From assembly GCA_030324005.1 (NCBI GenBank), contig JARDVH010000059.1, positions 53,468,817 through 53,532,816 of the forward strand: a DNA stretch of 64,000 nucleotides, given 5' to 3'. Shown one piece after another: positions 48,068 through 59,355 of this stretch. The notes beneath the pieces are model-generated. The model was not told where the DNA came from, did no database searches, and worked only from the letters and a program-made list of their open reading frames with translations. The position numbers and the translations under genes are program-made. Source of the stretch: Negaprion brevirostris. Lineage: Eukaryota. Every line of letters begins with the position of its first letter. The stretch's first letter is position 1.

Positions 48068-49609
48068 ACAAACTCTTCTGTGTCTTGCGTAAGTAATTTT
48101 TATCTATCATTGTTGCATTGGCTCTCTCAGCTGCTTTCTGATGCATATTTTGTAAGGACTATGGTTCTGGTGAGGCGGTGCACCGAATTTGTTGAAATGT
48201 GACAGTATCCTCTACAGAATAGATCATTCCACCTCAAGTGTTTATTTATTTTAATCCTTATTGTTTGGCTGAACCTTCCTTCAAATTGCATTGTCACTTT
48301 TGGTTACTGAGGATTGAATGTGTCTTTTGACCACCTGCCTGAATATCTCCTTGGAAGACTCAGTTGGGTGGGATTTTCTGTGCCCCCAACCCCGTGTTTT
48401 GTGGCAGCAGAGGTAGCCTGCCTTTGCCAGCAGTGGGATCTTCTGGTTCCGCTGTCGTCAACTGGGTTTCCTAATGTATGCATCCCCTGCAACCAGGAAG
48501 TTTGTGGTGCAGGTTTGCTGTTAGTGAGACCAGAAGATCATGCCAGTAGGAATGGTTAAAAAATTCTAGCCAATGTCAAATTTTGCTTGATAAAACCTTG
48601 GGATGTTATATTACATTGTAGGCATTATAGAACTGCAAGTTGTTGTTGAATGGGCCCAAATTATGCATATCTTTATGGATTGCATGATCTTGTTCTTTGT
48701 CACAAGAAGTAGTTGCATAGTGGAGTAAAGGTCCCCTGTCAAATAGTTTATTGTCAGTCGCTGACAAAAATAAACTTCCAAAAGAATTTGAGTGTAAAAG
48801 TTGGATTTGACTTGCAATTACTACCCATTTTTAGGCAAGTTTTGAGTACTAAACTGAGTAAAATTGGGCAGTAAGCTCCATCAGCCCAAATTTCCTCCAA
48901 AAGAACTGAGGAATTTTTGTCTTTAAAATCTGCAAATTTTCCTTTTAACATCCAACCAGTTTCTGCCCGGTATCCCTAATGCAGTTGGGCGAGTGTGGGC
49001 AATGATCCCATTACACCTTCCTCAATTTTCACCCCAGCCTAACTCCAAGTATTACTATCACTTCAGAAATGACAGTTCAAACAACACAATTGATCAAGCT
49101 GTTTTGTTACTGGAGCTAAATATTGAAATTATTTTTTTCAGTTCAATGGTGATCTGGAGGATCTGTTAGCATGCCTTCCACCATATGTAGTTAATGCTGC
49201 AAAGACTCATACTAAGGACATAGATTTTTTAACAGGAAAGAAGGATGTGGATCTTGAAAAGACATTATTGTTTTTCCACATATAGGTACCCTGTCAAAGT
49301 CTGTCTTGGATTTCTGTACTATCACAGCCTCAGAAGGCTGGAATTTGCTCAGAGACAAAAGAAAACCTGCAGCCCACATCTGTCACAGCCAAATTTAGTA
49401 ATGTCCTTGTAACTGGATCCTTCCAAGCAGTATCTGATGGTCTTCTTCAGAAGGAGAGCCTCTGATGTACTTTTCCAGTTTGGTTCTCTGCCCAAAGGCA
49501 GATCTGAACCACTACAGAAGGGGCAAGAAGCAGATCCTAAACCCACCACAGCCACATTGGCCATATTCTAAAAGAAGTGGTTGCTGTAATAGTAGGTGCA
49601 CTAGTTTTA

Positions 49610-50310
49610 ATTTTCCAATATTTCCTCAATGCAGGAAAGGCCCCCTCCGATTGGAAAATAGCAAATGTGACTCCTCTATTCAAAAAAGGACAGAGATAAG
49701 AAACAGAAAACTACTGGCCAGTTAGCTAAACATCTGTCAATGGGAAATTGCTGAAATCTATGGTGGACACTTAGAAAATCTCAATGCAATCAGTCAAAGT
49801 CAACAGGAATTTGTGAAAGGGAATCATGTTTGTCTCATTTATTGGAGTTCTTTGAGGAAGTAACATGGGTAAGAGAGAACCTGTAAATGTTCTGTACTTA
49901 GATGTCCAGAAGACATTTAATGAGATGCCACATCAAAGGTTATTGTGCAGAACAAGAGCTCCTGGTGAAAGGAGTAACATATTAGCATTGGTTAGCTTAC
50001 ACAAAAAAGACCTTAAATGTATCATTTTTGAGTTAACGTAATGTGACGGGCAGAGGGATCAGTGTTGAGACCTTAACTATTTCCAATTTACATCAATGAC
50101 TTGGATGAAGGGAACGAATATAGGGTTGCTAAATTTGCTGATGACACAAAAATGGATAGGAAAGTAAATTGTGAAGGGGACATAGGAATCTGCAAGTGGA
50201 CATAGGTTAAATAAGTGGGCAAAAATTTGGTAGATGGAGTACCATATGGTAAAATGTGAATTTGTCCACTTTGACTGAAAGAATGCAAAAGCAGCATATT
50301 GTGACATTTA
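49610..50310 (+). mobile_element. Decayed CR1 ORF2 (RT region)
   Basis: DWKIANVTPLFKK, NYWPVS, SQQEFVKG, LLEFFEEV, VLYLDVQKTF, IYINDLDEG, AKFADDTK. Confidence 0.85.
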
Positions 50311-51799
50311 AAGCCCCACGTTAGAATCCCCTCAATTTTTTCAAGACTAAATTCATCCAATTCCTCAGAGATACAAGTCTATAAAATAATGAACTCAAAA
50401 TTCCATGTGGTCAAGCCACATTTAGCCCTGAACAACAATTACAGAAAGGTGGTCACAAATCCATCCCACCCATAACTATTTCTTGCCACCATATCTACCC
50501 TTTGTAACAGCTTACTTATTTTGGCCTCTATTACTTCTGTGACATGCACCCTGTGTTGCATGATTCCTGTAGCCTGTAGAAAGTCCACTTGTCCATTCTT
50601 AGCCATATATATAGGCCATGATTTAACAACCCTGTTTATCATGGGCGCAAACTTGGAATGTCCATTAAATCTCACAAGCGGCTGAAAATGGGTTTTGCAC
50701 CAGTGAGATGTCAGTTTGAGATATTCCCTGCCCCCACCAGTGATGTGATCAGAATGGGCATGAACCTGAATTCCATAAATTGAAGTAAATTAATCTCTAC
50801 TTACTCGCCTTGATGTCATAATATCTGCCAACACCTTATCCTCCTGCCCAGTCGGCGTAACATCACGCCATGTGAATCAGTACTGGTTCTCAAAAACAAA
50901 AACTCAGTGTGATTGGTGAACATGTCTGGGTTTGGAGATAAGTATAGCCCCTGGGTCATGAGGGACATGGTCACTGCCCCAAACCAGGGTGGCAGTGGCC
51001 ACCTGACCTTAAATGCAACTTTTGAGAATCCTGCCTTTGTGCTTAGATTCCACCCCATCCAGCTGACTATGATTCTTGCCAGTACTTTTAAACGGTACAG
51101 AATGCTGATAAATCTGACCAGAAAAGGATTCTGTGAAGCAAATTTCATACAGCTTTTCTCACCTGCTCCAACACTGCGCAATTTTGAGAAAATTGCACCC
51201 ATAGAAACAATTTCCACTACTTCAAAAGTTCACTTGTCTATTGTTAACCATATGCATAGAAACTATTTCCACCACTTACAGTGGACAGAAGTATTAGAAG
51301 CCTTGATCATTTGTGCAGGTTGTGCTTTGAAAAGTACCTCACCACCATCTTCCTGTAGTGTGGCAGTTCAAGGCATGATAGATATTGCATGCATTGCTTT
51401 AGAAACCTCCCTCCATCAGGCCTGAACTAATTTTGTAAAAGTCTTCACTTTGAGCATTCAGACAATAAAGCAGCATAGATACATGATGCTCATGAACCTT
51501 CCTGCCGCAGCTGGAACTGCTGTTTTCTCAGTGACTGGGCTCCTGGTCTCCAGAAATACATTTAAGTATTGATGAAAAAGGAGACAAGCTTTTTGTCATG
51601 TACTCATCTTAGCACTTTACAAGAAAACCAGTGTAAAGGGGAAATGATATCTTTCATTGCGTGAGAAGAGAACAATGTCAAAAAAACTTTGACTGCCAAA
51701 ACGATTGTAAAAGTTACTTTTAATTTAAAAACTTTTCACATGTAAAGTAAGATCATATTAAAGAAAAATCTGTTTTTTTAAAAGTTAAACATAATGGAG

Positions 51800-53190
51800 T
51801 AGAAAGTTGTATTCATTGCACCTATTTCTCATGCATACAAAGGGAGAAAACCATACCACGTTAATAATGTGGCATCTTAAATCTCACTTGCTATGGATAT
51901 AGTTCCAAGTGCAATGACAGCAAAATGGTAGAAATATTGAGTGGTTACTTTGCCTCAGTATTTATCAGGGAGACTGGGGTGGTCATGACATTACATGAAG
52001 TGCTAGAAAGGATAATAAGACATTTAAGATAGAAAGGTGACAGATAACTAATGATCTAATCAAACTTAGGATAAACCTCTAATTTGAATGGATTGCTTCC
52101 ATGTGTATTAAAAGATGCTGAGAGAAGATAGCAAAGGTACAATTAGATATATAAAGAAAAATCATGGGAAAAGAAAATAATACCAGTAGCATGTTAACGA
52201 TATTCATATGTTTAAAACATTAGAATAGGTTCAAGGAACAATAAATCAGTTGCTTAACCTCAGTGGTATGAAAGATGGACCATGATTTGCCTATCCAGCT
52301 GCGCTACTTTTTTAGCACAGCTGGCTGAGAGATTCTTGCATCGCAGGGTTTCGTACTCTGCTAGCATCTTGCAGCACCTGATTTCCAGTGGCATCAGATC
52401 TGTGCTGCCAATCGGTGAGGGGGAGGGCAAAGACCATTTAAATGGTGATTTGCATAGAAAATAACCCTCCCCCTCCAGTGTAGTTCCCTCCAGGGGGGTT
52501 TGGAGTAACTCTCCACTAATGGGGAACTAGTGGCCCGACCCTGCTGGAGTGAAGGGGGGCCATTGGGGCCTCCAGGGGGTCGGGTGGGAGGGGGGTGCGC
52601 TCTGGGCATGGGCACTGCCCATCAGGCACTCCAAAGGCATGGGGCAGGTAGGGACAAGGCTGAGGGAGCTGGGCCTAATGGTGTCAGGACCTAAGGAGCA
52701 AGAGGTGGGTGTGTGGGGTCCCAGTCTGCAAAGGGATTGGTGGGGGAACAAAGGAGGGCCATGATTAGGGTGTAGTGGGGTGTAGGGAGTTACCTGGGGA
52801 GGGCGGTCAGCTTGCTGGGGGTGTCGGCAATGCTGGGGAGTGGGGAATCAGGGAGGNNNNNNNNNNNNNNNNNNNNNNNNNNNNNNNNNNNNNNNNNNNN
52901 NNNNNNNNNNNNNNNNNNNNNNNNNNNNNNNNNNNNNNNNNNNNNNNNNNNNNNNNNNNNNNNNNNNNNNNNNNNNNNNNNNNNNNNNNNCGGGAGGCAT
53001 TCAGTGTGGAGCCACTGTACATGTGCCGATCTCGGCACTGACAGATTTTAACGAGGGCCATGCTTGATCAAATGTGCTGAGTTATTTGAAGAAATAATAG
53101 GTTATGTGAAGGTAACTTGGTAGATATAATGTATTTGGATTTTCAAAAGGCCTTCAATAAGGTACTATGTAGTGAACTCAAGAATAAGTT
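51800..53190 (+). mobile_element. Decayed CR1 ORF2 interrupted by a GC-rich non-autonomous insertion (~52280-53065)
   Basis: CR1 remnants before 52275 (YFASVFIR..SVA*PQW) resume at about 53070 (EYFEE..VDIMYLDFQKAFNKV). The intervening segment is G-rich and unrelated. Confidence 0.55.
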
Positions 53191-53588
53191 GTTCCAGTAC
53201 AGCTGTATCATTCCAGTACAGCATCGACCCAATAATTTGAAAAATTGACCAGCTATGTCCTTTTCACAAAAAGCAGGACAAAACCTCTCTGTCCAATTGC
53301 TAATCTATCAGTTTACTCTTGATAATCAGCAAAATGGTGAAAGGCATGTTGACAGTTCTACCAAGTGGCACTTGCTCAGCAATCACTAGCTCACTGATGC
53401 TCAGTTGGGCTTCTGACAGGGCTACTTAGCTCCATGGCCATAGTCAAAACATGGACAGAAGAGCTGAATTCCTGGGATGAGGTGTTAACACCAAGCCATC
53501 AATGAACATGGCGTCAAGGAACCTTGAACTTTGGGGAATTAAACCAGTGGGAATCGGGGAAAATTCTACTTGTTGAAATCATACCTAG

Positions 53589-54721
53589 TGGTGTAAATAT
53601 CTAGTTCTTGGTTCATGTGTTTTAGAATATAACTTTCAGGTTTAGGAATTAAAACTTTAACCATAGAAAATGGGGTACGTGCAATTAAAACAAGCTTGTA
53701 GTTTGTTATATTTAAAAGGTTGAGGCCATGTTGATCTGAGAGCTTTATGGCTAGAAAGGTAAGATCATAAAGGAGCAGATGGGCTTACTTAGCGAAAGAA
53801 CTGGAGATGTGTCATCCGCAATGCATTCAGTAAAGACACATTCAAGGATGTTTTGGGAGTTACAGCTAATTTAGTTTGAAAGTATTGTGAATCCTGAAGG
53901 GTTGTAAAATCTGTTTATTTCATAAGTTCAGAGAAGGAATTTTAACCAGAAGATTTATTTGAGCACATCCCAGAGTATGCCACATCATTGTGGAGTGGGT
54001 TGAGGTTAGGGAACTTGTCCAGTTTTAACTTATCTGGGCCTTTAGTGAGAGGGGAATTGGCAGCTTGGACCTGGTGTGTGCAGTTTGCAGCTCTCTGAGA
54101 GAGGACAGCCATGGTACATGATTGTTAGTTAGACCTGAACTGTAGGCAGAAAAATAAACTTAACTTCTTCATTCAATTGTGGAATGTAGGTGAGGCTTAA
54201 TTTCAGTTCGAATTTTGTAATGGAATAGAAGCTGAATGATTGCCAAGTATGAAACCAGTGGGAGAATTTACAGTCCTCCTCAGAGTCTTGTGGTAGAAGA
54301 AAGCACCCAGAAGATTAGTTTTGAAGCATTGAGAAGAAAACTAGAACTAAGGAGTGAGACATCCACAGTCAAAAAATGGTAAATTAAAGTATTACCTCTG
54401 AAAATAGCTGGTGTTATGGAGCATTAATCATCTCCAGAGGAGTGGTATTCTGATGGCGGTTTTCCACAGAAATAAATAGCTTTAAGATTAATGTGTCTTT
54501 TGCGAGAATTCTTGGGGGAAGTAAATAAAACTTGAGTGCATAGCATATGTAGTTAGAGTGTTTTGTGTGTGTAATGCTTACTTTGTTTTGAACGTTTTAT
54601 ATACAATAAAATTTGCTTTTGTTGAAAAACGTGAAATAATGTCATGTAGTTCAGTTGGTTAACATTAGGTATGCAGACTTCTCTTTAAATGTTAACAGTT
54701 CCTAACCAGATCATGTTAACA
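53589..54721 (+). mobile_element. Probable solo LTR inserted in a LINE fragment
   Basis: About 1.13 kb bounded by TG..taaCA, AATAAA near 54606. The flanks atcatacctag and caaaaaggaagattgttgtggtt rejoin as LINE-like sequence (..SYLA.RK.VV). No clean TSD seen. Confidence 0.45.
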
Positions 54722-54787
54722 GCAAAAAGGAAGATTGTTGTGGTTATATGCCAAATCATCTCATTTCCAGATATTGCTGCAGGAGTT

Positions 54788-54859
54788 ACATAGAACATAG
54801 AACACTACAGCACAAACAGGCCCTTCGGCCCACGAGTTGCGCCGATCACATCAACACCT
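54788..54859 (-). mobile_element. CR1 3' tail (runs into gap)
   Basis: acatagaacatagaacactacagcacaaacaggcccttcggcccacgagttg. Confidence 0.75.
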
Positions 54860-54959
54860 NNNNNNNNNNNNNNNNNNNNNNNNNNNNNNNNNNNNNNNNN
54901 NNNNNNNNNNNNNNNNNNNNNNNNNNNNNNNNNNNNNNNNNNNNNNNNNNNNNNNNNNN

Positions 54960-56950
54960 GAAAGACATTCTGCACGATCTAAGCTTATTGACCGTAAATG
55001 CTCAGTAAGTAGAAGAAACTTTGGAAACCATGTGGATGCACTCACACTATTTCACTTCTTGAGATTGGTATTACACCGCAAGACGAATATTTGGCGAACA
55101 AAGCGATGGCTTTCTGAGAAATTTGAAATCCAATTTCGATTTACCCAAAATGCTCCCCCCAACCAGATTGGCTGTTTGCCTCATCTAGGTTTTATTGGGA
55201 AAAGGATGCAGACGTTGAGGGCCATTTGGAAAGGATCGTGCATTTCTTCCAGATGCTTGGGTTATCGGGATAGACCCAATGCTTCAATTCCAATAACGGC
55301 AGTATGGCTTTGAGAGGGAGTCTGAAATCGAATGCAGATTTGCCCAAAGTGCTCATCGCATTGACGTAAGCACATTGCCGCTACTTTACTCATTAACTGA
55401 TCAACACTGGATGGCATTGTGAGGAACATCACGAAAAGAAGGTGTATGTGCTCAAAATGTTCTTCGCATCCAGATAGGCAGATTACCGTGACATTGTCCT
55501 TTTGGTAAGGACACTCCGTGGCAGCTCAAGGAAACATTGAATTCCAAAGTCAATTTCCTCATAATGCTCAACTCATCCAAGTAAGACATTCTTCACGATC
55601 TAAGCTTATTGTCTGTAAATGCTCAGGAAATAGAAGAAACTTTGGAAACCATGTGGATACACTCGGAATACTTTACTTCTTGAGATTGGTATTATACCGC
55701 CAGGCCAATTATTTGGCGAAGAACGCGATGGCTTTCTGAGAAATTTGAAATCCAATATCGATTTACCCAAAATGCTCCCCCCAACCAGATCGGCTGTTCT
55801 GGTTTCATCGAGGTTTTATTGGGAAAAGGATGCAGACATTGACGGCCATTTGGAAAGGATCGTGTATTTCTTCCAGATGCTTGGGTTATCGGGATAGACC
55901 CCATGCTTCCATTCCAACAACGGCAGTACGGCTTTGAGAGGGAGTTTGAAATCTAATGTAGATTTGCCCAAAGAGCTCATCGCATTGACATCAGCACATT
56001 GCCGCTACTTTACTCATTAACTGATCAACACTGGATGGTATTGGGAGGAAGATCACGTAAGAAATGTGAATGTAGTCAAAGTACTCATCGCATCGGTATA
56101 GGAACTTGGCAACGACGTTGCCTTTTTGGAAAGAAATCTCAATGGCATTTAAAGGAAACATTGCTGAGATCGTGGAGAAAGGCACACCTGGCTGAGTTGA
56201 GCATTAAGACTAAATCGAGATTTGAATTCAATGTTTCCTGTAAATGCCATTGAGACGTCAAACCAAAAAGAACATATACCGACAGATTGTTTTTTTCAAC
56301 GCGATGAGCAATTTGAGGAAATCCTCAATCGTTTCGCCATGTTACTCTCAAAGCCATTGGAAGTTTATCGGTCGAATGTTGCTATTGCTCTATTGAGCCC
56401 ATCCTGATGGGCCAAACACCTTGAGGAAATCTGCAATCCTTCCTAACTGGACTCTCAATGTCCTGGAGACATTTCTCAATAAAACCTAGATGGGGTCAAA
56501 CATCCTATGTGGATGAGGTGAGCATTTTGGGTACATGGAGATTGATTTCCAATGTTTCTCATAATGGTATCGTGAGCCATTCTCAAAATAGTCGATATTT
56601 CAGTAACGTGCCAATCGTGGGGAGATAAGATGATATACTGGGGTTTCGTGATCTCATAGTTCAAGATAGTTCAGGATCTATTTTCTATTGGACCAATATG
56701 TAAAGTATGTCATTTGTAACATTTTTGTTTCGATTGTGTCCAATTGAGCTGCAGAATTGTAGAACCAGGATGATTTTGTTTGTCTGGCGGATTGGCACCT
56801 CTGAACCATTGTGTCGAAAAATTATCCCTTGCTAGCAAGTAAAATAAAGACAATCTGTCGGTTAAGTATCTCGTGTTAATGTGTGTTTGCATTAAAGTCA
56901 AACTCGGAAGTCGAGATTTAAACATTATTCGTTGGAAGTTCCACCAAGAT
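54960..56950. repeat. Satellite-like array: 621-bp duplicated unit built from ~200-bp monomers, polarity inverted near 56180
   Basis: aagacattct..cacgatctaagcttattg at 54962 and 55583. Monomer motif ggc..ga.a...tgaa.tc.aa....at.t.cc.a.a.tgctc near 55109, 55306 and 55520. Reverse-complement motifs at 56195-56250 and about 56515-56570. Confidence 0.8.
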
Positions 56951-57710
56951 CGCTTGCTTCTTGCTGGTGAGTGAACAGACACAAGCACACTGCCTTACTG
57001 GCCAGTTAAAAAGCTAATGCTTTAGTCATCAAAGAGGCCCTTCCTTGAGTAGTTCAACGTGCAGTGTGTTTGTCCCGACGGGTGTACTGCAATATTTGAC
57101 TTATTTCAGTAATCTTTTAAATCACTTCCTCTTTTTTAGCTTGACGACAAAGAGGGACAGATTCTGAAATTCCACTCTTGAACAGACCGGGCAGATTGTG
57201 TAAGTGAAACTCAAGCAAAGACATCACAAGAAAGTCTCTGTTTCTTCTGGGAGAGGAACAAGCCCTTGTTTGATAGGACGAGAAAGGTAAAAGGGACAGC
57301 AAGGGTTCTTGTGTTCTCGGATCATAAGTGAGATTAAGTGAAGTGTATAAGCTATTAGAGTTTATGATGTGTTAAAGGGCCTGTCTGTAGTGGTGAACAA
57401 CGCAAAGAATTTATATGTTTAATTAAAGTATCAGTTTGCACTGTTTGTGATATTTGTTGTGAGTTTTGTACTTTACGTTCCTGTCGATCTCTTGGGAATC
57501 AAATCACTGGGAGGCACGTCACACAATAAATCACCTTAACTGATTGCATTGCAGTGATAATCTGCTGATCGGCAAATGAATGACACATATCCAACAAATA
57601 TCTCAGACACCCAGACCTAGCCGGAATTAAGATCCCAAATGGGTGAGAACACTGGTTGGAGCAACGGGACTGTAATAGCACGATCTGCGCCAACTCATTC
57701 AGTTCGGAGA

Positions 57711-59355
57711 ATGGGAGCTAGTGAACTTCAAGTAAAATCCCCCAGAAGGGAACACCAGCTTACTTTATGTTTCACAATTACGGTCAGTCATCAATCAGTG
57801 ACCTGCAGAAATGGGTAGAATGGACCAAGAATAAGAATAAATCTTTCCCACCTGATGGTACATTCAACCTCAATAGAATAACCTGTCTAAGAAGAAGGCC
57901 TTTTGAACAGAGATCCTGGGGAGGAAGGGGGAAAAATAAGGTCAATTGGTCAGCTTTTGGAGATTGGAAAAGGGAGGCAGACCGTAGGCGTACAAAAAGT
58001 ACTAAGGAGGATCAGAGGGAGAAGAAGACAGTCGATAAAGTTATAAGTCGAACAGAAAGTTATTATCAGCTGATGGGTAGAAAGAAAGGTGGCTACAACC
58101 CTATAGTGCTCCTCCGAAACACGAGGACGATGATTACCTATCATTTCGGGTTTCACCACCCTATTAGCAGTACAATGAGCCAAAAGAATCAGATCCCGCA
58201 GCTTCTCCTGATTTAAATCAAGGAAATATTGTTGTCTACCACACTTGACAACAGGAGGCACTTAGAGGAACTCAGCAGGGAGTGAAAAGAACTCAGTGGC
58301 TCCTCAGTTAGATCCCCCACCAGATATTTTTAGATATTTTCTTAGATATTTCCCCAGTCCCCAGGGTGGAAAACCAGGCAGCTGTGGCTGTGGACCGATC
58401 CTGAACCCCATCTAAATTAGGGTCCATTTTAGATAATCTCCCAGAACCCAGAGTGTAGCTGGACACCTCATTAGATAAACTCTGCACCATAGTCCTGTGC
58501 TATGAGCATAATGGACATGGAGATCTTGTTAAAAGGCTGGTTAAAAGAATCAGGATTTAAACAACTTGAGGGAAAATTCAAGGGATTTCATGATCACCGG
58601 ACAAGAAATAATCACAGCCCCACTACACAGCCCACTAACCATGATATTTGACCAAATTGTTGGAATGCGCGGACTGAAACCTTCCCTAAAAAACAAATTG
58701 GGCAAAAATTATGGAGATCACCCAGAAAAAAATGATGTGAAAAGCTGTATGGTTGGGAGAAATTATGGATCAGTGTTCAGGCACGACTATAGGACAATAT
58801 GAAGTTCCATTGTTAGTGCTATCATTAATGGCCTCAGACCTGAACTCAGAGACCCACTTAAATTACTTCACCTTGGATGGCGCCAGAAAAAAACTCTCAG
58901 AGTTGTTGTCCATCCTAAAGGATCTGGAGGAGTGAAATAGAGAAAATAAGGGCAAGCCTTGCACCCTTGTGGGGCAAGCCACCAAACCTGTGATAGCATT
59001 TCAACCAACGCACTCCTGCCCCCAGGGCCTGCCACAACACCGTCAGTACCTCAAACTAATAAGGGTAGGGGTTATGGACCTCGAAGAGGAAGACGAGGCA
59101 GAGGCTGGGGTCAGGGAAAATGAACTCAGTCATTGCTATAATTGTGGCCAGGCTGGTCACTGGACGAGAAATTGCCCATCACAGCAGCCATCTGGGCAAA
59201 CGTGGTAATACGGGCATTATAATGAAACACAAGCCCAGGTTCGCACCAGACCTCGGGCAGATTTTACTATCCAAAGGCCGTGGGGAAATGCTAATAATAG
59301 GTATCAGGAGGGAGACCAATACGGCTTAAAATAGATGCACTCCTATTCCTCATGA
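57711..59355 (+). pseudogene. gag: Endogenous retrovirus gag (decayed)
   Basis: ATG GGA start (MG), MA-like KWVEWTK..FPPDGTFNL, single zinc knuckle CYNCGQAGHWTRNC at 59134-59175. Multiple stops and frameshifts. Confidence 0.85.

Noticed and set aside
50816-51425. Overlapping 170-aa and 133-aa ORFs
   Set aside because: No recognisable motif or splice context. Treated as chance open frames.
53589-54721. 5' LTR of the downstream ERV
   Set aside because: No match to the 3' LTR start at 63514, and it is separated from gag by LINE tail, gap and satellite.
54837-56253. Protein-coding tandem repeat (ORFs 54837..55313, 55518..55739, 55999..56253)
   Set aside because: The two 621-bp copies do not keep a common open frame and contain stops. 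They behave as non-coding satellite.
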